The notes beneath the pieces are model-generated. The model did not search any database and had not been told where the DNA came from. It saw only the letters and a program-made list of their open reading frames with translations. Shown here piece after piece: positions 15,550 through 25,609 of a DNA stretch of 64,000 nucleotides. How positions within the stretch are numbered: position 1 is the stretch's first letter; every line of letters begins with the position of its first letter. This DNA is from a virus, in IMG/VR virus record IMGVR_UViG_3300035633_000651, positions 32,001 to 96,000 of that record; one strand, written 5' to 3'. The translations under genes were made by a program, and so were the position numbers.

Positions 15550-16824
15550 TCACGGCACGTCGCTGACGAAGTTGGCCACGGACATGTTGTTCATTGTGAA
15601 GTCTTCCGACCCAACATTGTCGCTGATCGTGGGGAAGGTGTCGCCGTCGCCCATGCGGTACCAGGAGTAGGGACTGGGCGTGAACCCGCTCAGGTCGTCA
15701 GGGGTACCCGAGTTGTAGAGGTTGGTCACTTGGGTCTGGTTCAGCTCGCTCGCGTAGTAGCTCAGCTCGTCCACGCGACAGTCTTCACGCATGTAGCGTC
15801 CGCCATTGTCTCGGCCCACGCGGTGAAGAACTGCGGGCAGGTCTTCTGTACTGCCGCCTCCGCCAGACGACTGCGAGCTGAACGCAGTGGCTACACCGTC
15901 GATGTAGAACGTGAAGGCGTCAAAGCCGTTGGCCGCTGTCGTCGTTGCGGTGCCGTCGTAGGTGACGACGATATGCGTCCACGAGCCTGGCGTGACGACG
16001 GAGCCCACTGAGTTCATGCGGAGGAAGTTCGTGTTCCGACGGCCGTACTGGAAGGAAAGGCCGCTGCCGTTGTACCACAGACGCGCGGCTGCCTGGCCGC
16101 TTCCGTCTCCGAAGAAGGTGATGGTTTGCTCGCCGTGGTTGCTCGTCCCCGGCTTGAACCAAAGGGACATGGACCAAGCGTCAGCGGCACCTGCACCGCC
16201 GCCCGTACGCACCATCGGGTGTCCGGAGGTAGCTGTGGCTTCCAGGAACTCGAAGCGGTCGAAGTTGGTCGACAGAGCATTCGTGAAGCCGACGCCGTCC
16301 ACGGTGATGACCAGCGTGTCTGTCACCGACCCTGCCAAGTTGGCGACCGTCACCGGAATGTTCGCAGTCGCAGAGAGCGTTCCGATGATCCGGTTGACCT
16401 GGCCTGCGCTTAGCGCCAGGGTGGCGGGAAGGCTGTCGAAGCGGAAGGCAGTGGCGGTATCTGCTTCGAGCACGTAGTTGATGACGTCCGTCGGGGCTAC
16501 AGTGAGAGCGAGCGCCGAGGTGATCGTCGGGACGGTGTCCTGTTCTAGGACACCGTCCACGAAGAGTGAGTTCAAACGTGTGATTGTCTCCAGTTCGGTC
16601 GACCCGACCTGCTGGTGGTTGCCGTTGACGAACTCGGCGAACGGGACGTTCTGAACTTCGAAGAAGGCGTCTCCGTTGGTGTACTCTCGCCCCACGTCGC
16701 GGACGCCGAGGGTGCCGTCGCCGTTGCCAACCGCCTGAAGCGACCGCACCGGAAACACGCCGGTCGCGCCTGCGTCGAGGAAGATGTTGCGGAGGTTGTT
16801 GCTTCTGAAAACTCGGACAGTCAT
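15550..16824 (-). CDS. LamG/concanavalin-like domain virion protein
   Basis: WSMSLWFK, WTHIVVTYDG, FYIDG, VDELSYY..EL..QV..LYN, WYRMGDG. Confidence 0.8.
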   Translation of the reverse strand: MTVRVFRSNNLRNIFLDAGATGVFPVRSLQAVGNGDGTLGVRDVGREYTNGDAFFEVQNVPFAEFVNGNHQQVGSTELETITRLNSLFVDGVLEQDTVPTITSALALTVAPTDVINYVLEADTATAFRFDSLPATLALSAGQVNRIIGTLSATANIPVTVANLAGSVTDTLVITVDGVGFTNALSTNFDRFEFLEATATSGHPMVRTGGGAGAADAWSMSLWFKPGTSNHGEQTITFFGDGSGQAAARLWYNGSGLSFQYGRRNTNFLRMNSVGSVVTPGSWTHIVVTYDGTATTTAANGFDAFTFYIDGVATAFSSQSSGGGGSTEDLPAVLHRVGRDNGGRYMREDCRVDELSYYASELNQTQVTNLYNSGTPDDLSGFTPSPYSWYRMGDGDTFPTISDNVGSEDFTMNNMSVANFVSDVP

Positions 16825-16827
16825 GAC

Positions 16828-17520
16828 TTATCTCCGCTGGATGTCGAACACGACGCCTGCGGAGCGCAGCGTCCCCGCACGACTCAGGAGAATCTGCGGG
16901 ATGACAGGATTTTCTCGCGTGGCGTCGCCTTCAATGAACAGAAGGTCTGTGAACTGGATTCGGTACTCGATGCCCGCTCCGTTGTTCAAGACACCGATGG
17001 AACGCTGCAGAGCAAACTGCGAGCCAGGCTCACCGACGAGAAACCGGAACGTAGCCAAGGACTGATTGACCTGCGGCGTGATGAAAAAGTCGTAGCGGTA
17101 AATGACTGTGTCACCGACGCCAAGCGAGCTGAAATCGTAAGACCCTCCAGCAAGCAAAAAGGTGGTCGACCCTGGCGGCGCGTACGTGTCGCCCAGCAAC
17201 GACGCTGAACCGTCGTTCGGGATCGCAGTCCAGGTCTCCTCCGGAACGTTGACGACCGTTCCCGAGTCCGCGTACTGCGACATACCTTGCGACGAACTTC
17301 CGGCCACGTCACCGACCTGACCGACGATGTCGACGCGCAGCTGACCAGCGTTCACCGCACTGCGCAGCTCGGGGTCGGTCCCCAACTGGTACGGGTCGAT
17401 GTCGTCGACCGTGACCGGGACGTTCGGCTGCAGTGTCAGGCGGACCTGCTCGATCCCGTCGCGGTTGACGTCGAGGGCGTACTGCTGGCCTGTTCCCAGG
17501 TATGTGAATCTAGCGTGCAT
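16828..17520 (-). CDS. Probable virion structural protein
   Basis: 230-aa beta-rich ORF co-oriented with and adjacent to the LamG gene. Confidence 0.55.
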   Translation of the reverse strand: MHARFTYLGTGQQYALDVNRDGIEQVRLTLQPNVPVTVDDIDPYQLGTDPELRSAVNAGQLRVDIVGQVGDVAGSSSQGMSQYADSGTVVNVPEETWTAIPNDGSASLLGDTYAPPGSTTFLLAGGSYDFSSLGVGDTVIYRYDFFITPQVNQSLATFRFLVGEPGSQFALQRSIGVLNNGAGIEYRIQFTDLLFIEGDATRENPVIPQILLSRAGTLRSAGVVFDIQRR

Positions 17521-18727
17521 CGTCGCCCTCTCGCACTTCGGGAATCTCGTTTAGCTCAGGAAGCCAGGCGTCTCGGAACTCGGACGCGTTGCAGGACTCC
17601 ATCTCCCCGAGCATGCGCTCAGGCCACAGCTCCAGGAAGGCCTCGCGGGCTGCGTCTTCGTCGTCCCATCCGATGAGCGTCTTGTACTGGTGGACGGTCT
17701 CGTTGCCTTCAGGGTCGAGTTGCTCGATGACCCAGACGCTGGGGTCCTTGTCCTTCCAGTTCGGTCCGAGCATGACGTCGATGGAGTCGCCGTCGACAGC
17801 GCGTGTGTCGTCGAAGTAGCCGTAGTGTCCAGGGCAGGTGCGTCCGTAGTGGGGCCGCTCTTCGCCGGAGAAGAACTCGATGGAGACCGGAAGGCCGAGC
17901 ACGTCCAAGCTGGCGCGTGCCGGGTCGTCGCCAGGGTTTCGGTCGGCTTGTCGGTTGGCCTGAATCCAGCGCTTGCGTGCAGGCATCTCGTCCTCGACCG
18001 CGTTCATGTTCAGAACGACCAGCTGGCTGCCGAGGTTGATGGCATCGACTTCCATGTTCGCGAGACGTTGGTTTCCACTGATCGTCATGGCGGACGACTT
18101 CAGAACGACAGGCCGTCCGGGTGGACGGTTGTTGGCGACCTGGGAGTTGTCGGGCAGGTACCAGACCTGTCGCGCGATACGGCGACGCTTCTTCTTGCGG
18201 TGGCGTGCCTCCTTGCCCCAGCGACGCAGGTCCGGCTCACGCCGGTTCCACCAGTCCTCTTTGGGAAACTGTAGCATGAGTTGGACGCGCAGCGTGTCGC
18301 CGAGGTCGTCGAGGACGTTCACGACGTGTCCGTGCGGGATGGTGCCCCAGGCCGTGTCGACGTCGCCTACCGCCTTCAAACGGTCGCCGGTTTGAAAGTC
18401 TGGCCCCTCGTCTGCGCGACTGTGACGCCACGGCGAGCGAGGAACTTCAATAGGGAAGGCCACGAAGATGTTGTCGAGGTCGACGCCCTTGACCGTTCCG
18501 TAGGTGCCGTCGGGTACGGTGAACCCGCCAGGCAGCGGTCGGCGGATGCCGTCAGCTACGGCCACAGCCCCTGACTGTGCGGTGCCGCGCGCCTCGACGG
18601 TGTCGCGCACGTTGAACTGCGAAGGGTCAGGGTCCTGTGCTCCGCGCTCCGGCGGCGAGTACAGACCCTCCGGCTCAGTCTCCGGCTCGCGCTTTTGGCG
18701 CCACAACTTATCCCACAGACCCGGCAC
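17510..18727 (-). CDS. Protein with C-terminal inorganic pyrophosphatase-like domain
   Basis: HYGYF..T..VDGDSIDV.LGP, VWVIEQ, YKTLIG...A..AF. Confidence 0.75.
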   Translation of the reverse strand: MPGLWDKLWRQKREPETEPEGLYSPPERGAQDPDPSQFNVRDTVEARGTAQSGAVAVADGIRRPLPGGFTVPDGTYGTVKGVDLDNIFVAFPIEVPRSPWRHSRADEGPDFQTGDRLKAVGDVDTAWGTIPHGHVVNVLDDLGDTLRVQLMLQFPKEDWWNRREPDLRRWGKEARHRKKKRRRIARQVWYLPDNSQVANNRPPGRPVVLKSSAMTISGNQRLANMEVDAINLGSQLVVLNMNAVEDEMPARKRWIQANRQADRNPGDDPARASLDVLGLPVSIEFFSGEERPHYGRTCPGHYGYFDDTRAVDGDSIDVMLGPNWKDKDPSVWVIEQLDPEGNETVHQYKTLIGWDDEDAAREAFLELWPERMLGEMESCNASEFRDAWLPELNEIPEVREGDDAR

Positions 18728-18741
18728 GCGCAGTCCTCACT

Positions 18742-19767
18742 TCAGACCGCTTGTGGGCGCACCGGCACGGTGTCGTCGCGGTTGGGCGGCGCCTGTCCCA
18801 CATCCATGGTGGGCATGGTGCCGATGTCGGGAACGTCAGAGTCAGGTCCGATACTGGGCTTGGGCTGCTTGGGCTTGCTTCGGTGCGGCACCGGCTCGCG
18901 GGGGAAGCTGCCGTGGGCGTCGAAGAAGCGCTCGAACTCCAGCGGCAGGACGGAGATGATGACGCCAGACTCGTCGTCTTGCAGCCGGATGCGGACGTAG
19001 TCGCCGGGGTTGTCACCCTCGGAGGGGTCGGGGTAGAGCGGGTTGGAGATCCCCGGGTCGCCGATGGCGTCGGCTTCCGGCGACGGAGGGTGCTGACCTT
19101 CGAGGGTGAACGAGCGGTCCGCTGGGATGACCAGCTCTCCGCCGTAGAGGAAGGGCGAGAAGGACTGCTTGGTCTCGACCCAGGTACCGAGGTCGGTCTC
19201 GTGCTTCATCTGCGTGGGCACGTTGGCGTAGTCCTGTGCCTCCCCGCCGCCGTCGGGGGCGTACTGTCCAGGGCCGACGTCCGGGCCGCGCTGGGCGACG
19301 ACCACAACCTCGGCGTCGTCCCGGGGCAGCGGGGCTTGCCCACCCGGTCCCAGGTCAGCCGTGTCGGGCAGCTCCAGCTCGGGGAGCGGTGCCAGGATAA
19401 GCATCTCCTCGGGCTCGGGTTCCGGCTCCACGGTCACCGTGACGGACACGGACTGCCCGGTGCGGCCCCCGGCCCGCCGGGCAGTCCGGGGCTCGATGCC
19501 CGGAGCTGGCTCGGCGCGGAGGCGGACGATCACGTAGCCGTTGCCGTCCTCCGCGGTCTTGATGGCCCAGATGGCGTGCGCCTTCCGATAGAGCCCTGGC
19601 TGGTCGGGGACCGGGTCGAAGCCCTGCGCCATGGCCTGGCTCAGGCTGGCCACGCGCGGGAGTCGCGCCTCCTGCATCCGGCGGGCCAATCGGTCGCTGT
19701 TGACGCGTGACGGAAGACCTGCTCCGTGGAGTCGGTCGCGCTCGAACCAGTCAGTCATCGTCCCCAT
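18742..19767 (-). CDS. Pro/acidic-rich hypothetical protein
   Basis: 341-aa ORF. Confidence 0.55.
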   Translation of the reverse strand: MGTMTDWFERDRLHGAGLPSRVNSDRLARRMQEARLPRVASLSQAMAQGFDPVPDQPGLYRKAHAIWAIKTAEDGNGYVIVRLRAEPAPGIEPRTARRAGGRTGQSVSVTVTVEPEPEPEEMLILAPLPELELPDTADLGPGGQAPLPRDDAEVVVVAQRGPDVGPGQYAPDGGGEAQDYANVPTQMKHETDLGTWVETKQSFSPFLYGGELVIPADRSFTLEGQHPPSPEADAIGDPGISNPLYPDPSEGDNPGDYVRIRLQDDESGVIISVLPLEFERFFDAHGSFPREPVPHRSKPKQPKPSIGPDSDVPDIGTMPTMDVGQAPPNRDDTVPVRPQAV

Positions 19768-19839
19768 AGTACGGTTTGGCGCCTCTCCGGGGCACTACAA
19801 AAGTTTGACGATGTCAACGTGAGGATGTCAACAAGCTTC

Positions 19840-19868
19840 TTGACAGACACCGGACAATGTCGTAAGCT
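19840..19868 (+). promoter_or_regulatory. Leaderless promoter with GACA-N4-CCGG-N4-TGTC palindrome
   Basis: TTGACA-GACA-CCGG-ACAA-TGTC-G-TAAGCT-N6-ATG(19875). Confidence 0.85.
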
Positions 19869-19874
19869 GCCTGC

Positions 19875-20642
19875 ATGTTGACGGACGACATCCGAGACAA
19901 ACTGCGCAAACTCAACGCCCTCGCGGAGGGCGCGGGCACGCCTGAGGAGGCCGCAGCCGCCCGAGGTCGGATGGCCCGACTCTGCTTCAAGTTCGGCGTC
20001 ACGATGGACGACGTCGAGCTGGAGGAGCCCCTCGTCGACGACGAGGAGATCGTCCACGAGGACGACCCCCTCTTCGTCCAGGCGAAGGTGATGAGCTGGA
20101 AATGGCGTCTGGCCGAGGGAATCGCGGTGGTCAATGGCGTCTTTCTCTATCAGCAGCAGGTCCCGTACAAGGTGTTCGACCCTAACCGAGGGTATTACCG
20201 GTACAAACGCAAGGGCGCCCTCATGATGGTCGGCAAGCCGACCGGCGTGCGCATGACGCGCTACCTCTTCCAGATGCTGCTCAACGACATCGAACGCCTG
20301 GCCAAGGTCTACTGCCGTGGGAAGTCGCGGAACTGGGGCGGCAACTGGCGCCACGGCTGCGTGGACACGGTCGCGAAGAAGGTCAAGGAAGCGTACGGGG
20401 AGGCCATCAAAGAGCTGCAGGCGGAGGGTGGCGGCAAGGCGCTGATCCGATTGCAGGACGCCATGGTCACTCTGAAGGACGCCGAGCGCTTCGCCCGGGC
20501 GCGCATGAACCTGACCAAGGGCACGTCGGGTGGCGTCTCGGCCGAGGCCGAGGCGCGAGCGGCAGGCCGCGCTGCGGGACACGGGATCAAGGTGTCAGGA
20601 GGGACGGCCATTTCTGCCGGTCGCCGGCAGTTGACGGGGTGA
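19875..20642 (+). CDS. DUF2786-domain protein
   Basis: DKLRKLNALAE...TPEEAAAA...L..KFGV N-terminus; C-terminal AGRAAG. Confidence 0.75.
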   Translation: MLTDDIRDKLRKLNALAEGAGTPEEAAAARGRMARLCFKFGVTMDDVELEEPLVDDEEIVHEDDPLFVQAKVMSWKWRLAEGIAVVNGVFLYQQQVPYKVFDPNRGYYRYKRKGALMMVGKPTGVRMTRYLFQMLLNDIERLAKVYCRGKSRNWGGNWRHGCVDTVAKKVKEAYGEAIKELQAEGGGKALIRLQDAMVTLKDAERFARARMNLTKGTSGGVSAEAEARAAGRAAGHGIKVSGGTAISAGRRQLTG

Positions 20643-20998
20643 CACAGCCCGACTATGGTCAGGTGATGCCTGATGATCACGCACGTGTAGAGGTACGATG
20701 CACCCCTGCAGAGAAGGAAACGATGAAGTCGCGCGCAGCTAAGGCCGGGTTTCCCGGACGCGGCTTCGCGACCTGGGCCCGAGCCGTGTTGCTCGGGCAA
20801 AAGCCCAAGACGGACCGACCACCGCCGAACACGAAGCTGCTCTCAGCAGCGGAAGCCGCAGACTACTGTGGCGTGTCCCGGCAGCAGATTTACGTCTGGG
20901 TCCAACAAGGAGAAGTGACGGGCTACGAACTGCCCGAGGGTCTTCGATTGGCGAAGACCGAACTGAAACACCGGCGAGCGGCAGCGCGCGCCAAGTAG
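20639..20998 (+). CDS. DNA-binding protein: RHH-like domain plus excisionase-like HTH
   Basis: VEVRCTPAEKE...AAKAG...WAR and LLSAAEAADYCGVSRQQIYVWV. Confidence 0.75.
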   Translation: MTQPDYGQVMPDDHARVEVRCTPAEKETMKSRAAKAGFPGRGFATWARAVLLGQKPKTDRPPPNTKLLSAAEAADYCGVSRQQIYVWVQQGEVTGYELPEGLRLAKTELKHRRAAARAK

Positions 20999-21004
20999 GA
21001 GAAG

Positions 21005-23002
21005 ATGGCTATGACTGGGGAAGAAGGCACCAACACGACGAGAGTCTTCGCGCTCTTCGACACCGACGACGAAGTCGCTCCGCGAGAGCTACTGGACCGG
21101 AAGGATGTCGAAGACGCGAAGGCGCTCATCATGCGCTACATCGACAACGACGGTGTGACCAACATCGACACGGTCTACAGCGACCCAAGCAGTCCTGGAG
21201 ACCTGGACCTCTATCAGGCTGTCCAGGAGCTGCTCGACGAGGGGCTGATCGAAGGACCGGCGCTGGCGTCGTGCAGGACGCACGAGGAGATGGAGTACCG
21301 TGGCACGGACAAGACGACAGCCGGCGTGGGCTGAGGGGCTCCGCAGCTTGATGGGTCCGCTCGACGACGCGGCCATCGAACGCATCCAGGCATTCCTCGA
21401 TGACCCGTCAGAGGAGACGTGGAACGGCTGCTACAGCCTCTGCGTCGGCGGCATGACCACCGTCTGGAAGGCGGTGTGCCGGGTCGACCCGGGCTTCCCG
21501 CGCTCGAAGAGCATCGGACCTGAGCCGTCGGGCTACGGCTGGCCACGCGTACCGGACCCGTTCACGGTCCGGCGAGCGCTGAAGGCGTGTCAGACCCAGG
21601 CCGCGTAGCTCGGCGTGGACGACTCTGGCGCGAGGCAGACGGCACCCGGACGCCGGTCAAGGAGCTGCACGACCGGCACCTGAAGCACATCGTGTGGATG
21701 TTCAAGAGTCGTGCCAACGATGAGCTGCAACAGTCCCTTGACGGACTCCGTACGCTGTGGGGACAACCGGGCATCGAGGCGCGCTACAGGCAACTGGAGC
21801 GCACGCCGTGGACGGCGGTGGCGAACCTGCTCGGAAAGGCCGAGCACCCGTACGCCTCGTTCGAGGACATCTACACCGAGGCCGTAGAGCGAGGCCTCGT
21901 CGAGGAGAGACCACGGAAGAGTTCAGATTGACTGAGGACCACATCAAGCTGCTTCGGCACATGTATGTTGGGTGGGACGAGTGCGAGTTCGGTGCACCTT
22001 GCATCGACCCCAAACGCCCCTACGGCAACGGCGACGGTGTACAAGATATCGCCGAGATCCTGGGCATCGAGACGCCGAAGAGCTTCGAGCAGATGGACGA
22101 GGACGGCACCCTCGACACCTGGTACGAAGAGATGCACCCCAAGCTGTACACGCTGCACCGCCAGACGCTGCAGGCGCTGCAGATCGTGCTGTGTACGGGG
22201 TCGTTCGAGCCGGGGCTCTACCGGAGAGCGCGTCGCTACGACGCCCGCTCGTGGGAGCGCGTCGATGCGTAGCCTGCGCAGGAGCATCGACGGGATGCTG
22301 TCCGACTTGCGTCGGAAGTGGCTCCATGTGCATCATGGGGACGGAGCGCTCGATAACCTGAAGTCGCACCTGGCTTCATGGATCCAGCGCCTGGAGGAAC
22401 TCAATGCGGGAAAAGCTGATTCACCTGACCCTGACGCTGGCCTTGACGCCCGTGGTCCTGACGATGGTGACGGGACTGGCGGTGATCCTCTGGGTCGCGG
22501 AGACCCGCGAGCACGCGTCTTCCTAGTCCGCGAGAACACCAGTCGCGACATGCCGACGCACCCCTTTCTCATCCCGGCCGTGACGACCGAGGGCGCGTTC
22601 TGGAACTACGCCGAGCGTGTGGCGCGCAGCTGGACGGAGCTGGAGGAGACCACGGACCAGCTCGACGTCATGGCCTGGGACGGCGAGCGCTGGCACTTCG
22701 CCGAGGTCTACTTCGACGTAGACACGTGGGACCGTCAGCTCGACGTCTTGGTGGACGGCGTGAAGTACGACCCGTCCGAAGACGTGGACGACGCGAGGCC
22801 AGGTGTCAGCCTACAGCTCGCGTTCATCAACCGCGAGACCTCCGAAGAGCGGCACTGCGCCAAGTGCCGCTTCAACGCATGGAGCGGGAATTTCGCGAAC
22901 GACCATCACTACTGCCACCTCTACCGAGGCTTCATCCGCATGACGGACGACGGTAAGCACCTCCGCCTTCCCGCATGCAAAGAGAGCGAGCACACATCAT
23001 GA
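21005..23002 (+). other. Run of short co-oriented hypothetical ORFs (21005-21334, 21300-21608, 21587-21931, ~21900-22272, 22265-23002)
   Basis: Abutting or overlapping ORFs; starts uncertain; no function recognised. Confidence 0.5.
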
Positions 23003-23119
23003 AAATCGGAGGCCGCGTCCGCTGGACGTCCCGAGCCGGACGCCATCTACTGGCCGCGTGTGTCTGCCCTGGAGGTCGTCTCGCATCTGACTTTTTTCGA
23101 AAATAGTTGACGTCTGCTC

Positions 23120-23148
23120 TTGACAGACGCCGGGCCCTGTTATATAGT
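23120..23148 (+). promoter_or_regulatory. Leaderless promoter, palindrome variant ending TGTT
   Basis: TTGACA-GACG-CCGG-GCCC-TGTT-A-TATAGT-N6-ATG(23155). Confidence 0.85.
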
Positions 23149-23154
23149 AACAGC

Positions 23155-23682
23155 ATGACGACGACGCAGCAGGCTCCCCGGACTCAGACCAACCGCCTCA
23201 CCGCCCGCGCGGTGCACGACAACTTCGACCCCCGGATCGAGGCCATCGAGGCGGCCCTGTCCCGAGGCGCCCAGCCTAACTCCCTCTTCGCCAACGTGAT
23301 GACCGTCTCCCTCGGCGTGTTCATCCCCGCCATCTCGCTGACCATGTCATCGCAGGCGGCCAACATGTTTCAGGCCGGTAACGTGGTCCTCGGCGGCGCC
23401 TTCGCGGCCCTGGTTTTCGTGGTCTTGGCGGTGTCCCTGACGCACCTCGCCGAGGCCGTCGAGGACTTGACAGGCTCCACTCGGTTCATCAGCTGGGCGA
23501 CCGCCATCGCCTTCGACGCCTGCCTCGTGGCCTTCGAGGTCGCGCACAAGACGGTGGCCAAGGACGACTGGACCGTGACCCTGATGATCGCCGTCGTGGC
23601 TATCATCTCGGCTGCGCTCAACGTCCACGCTTTCCGCCTCGGGCAGGCGCACCGCGTCGCTGGCGTGGGCCAGGCCGACTGA
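23155..23682 (+). CDS. Four-TM membrane protein
   Basis: Four hydrophobic segments; start set from the promoter position. Confidence 0.7.
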   Translation: MTTTQQAPRTQTNRLTARAVHDNFDPRIEAIEAALSRGAQPNSLFANVMTVSLGVFIPAISLTMSSQAANMFQAGNVVLGGAFAALVFVVLAVSLTHLAEAVEDLTGSTRFISWATAIAFDACLVAFEVAHKTVAKDDWTVTLMIAVVAIISAALNVHAFRLGQAHRVAGVGQAD

Positions 23683-23722
23683 GCCCTGACCCCTGAGGGG
23701 CCCCTTGCCCAAGGAGGTGACC

Positions 23723-24079
23723 ATGACTCAGGCGATTGACATGTGCCGGGACGACACTCAGGGTGAGGCGGCGATGTACGAAGCAAGGCTTCACATGTCG
23801 AACGCGGACGGCACCGTGGCCTTCACGAAGGCGGTGGAGCTGGACGAACCGCCGCGCCCGGGTGCTCGTCTGCGGGGACACTTCGCGAACGCGACGCTGG
23901 AGGTGACGCGCGTCGTGCTCGATGGCTCTGGCTTCTACGAGGTCTTCGTCGCCGTGTGCGTCCTCGACTTCATCCCTGCGGCCGAGCTGGAGCCCTACTA
24001 CACGCGCTCGGGCTGGACCTCCGTCGACCCCTTCGACGAGGACACCGACGTCAACTTTACATTGGAGAGACTCGAATGA
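23723..24079 (+). CDS. Hypothetical protein
   Basis: AAGGAGG SD before the ATG. Confidence 0.55.
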   Translation: MTQAIDMCRDDTQGEAAMYEARLHMSNADGTVAFTKAVELDEPPRPGARLRGHFANATLEVTRVVLDGSGFYEVFVAVCVLDFIPAAELEPYYTRSGWTSVDPFDEDTDVNFTLERLE

Positions 24080-24531
24080 CACACCCTCAGATTCACATCC
24101 TGCGCGGCCTTCCAGGCTCGGGCAAGTCCACCTGGGTCACGAACGGCGTGAGGTCCGGCGAGCTGTCCGGCATCGCGGTTGTGTGCTCCGCTGACGACTT
24201 CCGCTTCGACGACGAAGGCCGCTACGTCTTCAACCCCAAGGCGAACGCTGAGGTTCACGCGCGCTGCTTTGAGCGCTTCATCGACGCCCTGCGAGAGCGC
24301 CGCGCGAACCACATCGTCGTGGACAACACCAACGTCCGTCGCTTCGAGTACGCCAACTACGTGCGCGTTGCGCTCCTCGCAGGAGTGCCGCCCGCGAATA
24401 TTCACGAGATTTCAATGCACACGGACCCGCGCCAACTGCCGGTCCGGACTTTGATGAAGTGGGCCGAGCGCAACGTCCACAACGTTCCGCTTGACGCGAT
24501 CGAGCAGATGGCGATGCGGTGGGAGGTATGA
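24076..24531 (+). CDS. P-loop polynucleotide kinase-like protein (AAA_33/N4BP2-like)
   Basis: ILRGLPGSGKST, SADDF, IVVDNTN, RNVHNVP...I..M. Confidence 0.85.
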   Translation: MTHPQIHILRGLPGSGKSTWVTNGVRSGELSGIAVVCSADDFRFDDEGRYVFNPKANAEVHARCFERFIDALRERRANHIVVDNTNVRRFEYANYVRVALLAGVPPANIHEISMHTDPRQLPVRTLMKWAERNVHNVPLDAIEQMAMRWEV

Positions 24532-25578
24532 CGGTGTACATCGAATCGACTGCGCCCATCTGCATCGAGGCAGAGCTGAGCGAAGACAGCGAGTCTTGGG
24601 ACGTGCGTGTCGGAGACGACCTACACGACGGCATCTGCCCTCCGGCGAGCCTGACCGAGGACGAAGTCAAGGCCGGCTTCGAGAAGGCGCTGGCGAAGGC
24701 GCGCGAGCGCAACGACCCCTACTGGGACAGCTACCTGCCAGGAGGATGGACATGACGAAGAAAGCACAAGTTCTCAAACCCGACCCAAACTTCAAGTGGC
24801 CCGAGAAGGCCTCGGCGCGCCTGCGCATGGCGGTCGATGACGCCATCGCTGCCAAGCGTGCTGGTCATGGCCTCGACATGCGCAGCTGGTTCGACATCGA
24901 CCCCAGAGGCATCCGCTGCACAGTGTGCTTGGCAGGAGCCGTCATGCTTCACGTGTTCGGCACGCCGCCACCGCCCGACCCACGCGCCAACGTGTACACG
25001 GAGCGTCGTGACAGTCTTGACCCGGCCGACCTGGACGACCGTGACCACGAGTACTTGATACAGATCGATGAGATCAGGCGCGGGCACTTCTACATGTACG
25101 AGGGCTGGCCGGGGCAACAGCTGACGGAGCTGTACGACGCGCTGGGTCTCGACGAGCACGCCACCACGATTCCGGCGCTGAAGAAGTTCTACAAGCTGGC
25201 GGACTACATGGAGGAGCTGGGACTGTGAACAACTGGTACCGAACCTGGGTTCACATCTACAGCAACGACGGGCTGGTGGCCAAGCCAGGCGACTACGTTT
25301 GGATCAAGGACCGCGAACTCGCTACCCTGGAGGACGTGCTCCAGCACGCCCTCAAAGCTGACGCGCAGGGACGCCCGCGGACTGTGACGTTCTCCCTGAA
25401 CACAGGTAGCCTGGTGGACCAGAGTCGATTGTCCCACGTCTCTGCCCTGGAGATGGTGGACAGGGCGCGCAACTATCATCCGGGGGCCGAAGCTCGCACC
25501 CTGGCCCACGCGCTGGGCATGGAGAACGAGCAGTTTTGGAGATGCCTGCGGTTGATGGTTGATGCGATTGATGCTTGA
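24528..25578 (+). other. Three short hypothetical ORFs (24528-24755, 24746-25228, 25225-25578)
   Basis: Overlapping start and stop codons. Confidence 0.5.
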
Positions 25579-25603
25579 CAAGAGCCGGGGAGTGTCATAA
25601 GGT
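25575..25603 (+). promoter_or_regulatory. Leaderless promoter with palindrome
   Basis: TTGACA-AGAG-CCGG-GGAG-TGTC-A-TAAGGT-N6-ATG(25610). Confidence 0.85.
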
Positions 25604-25609
25604 CTGGGC

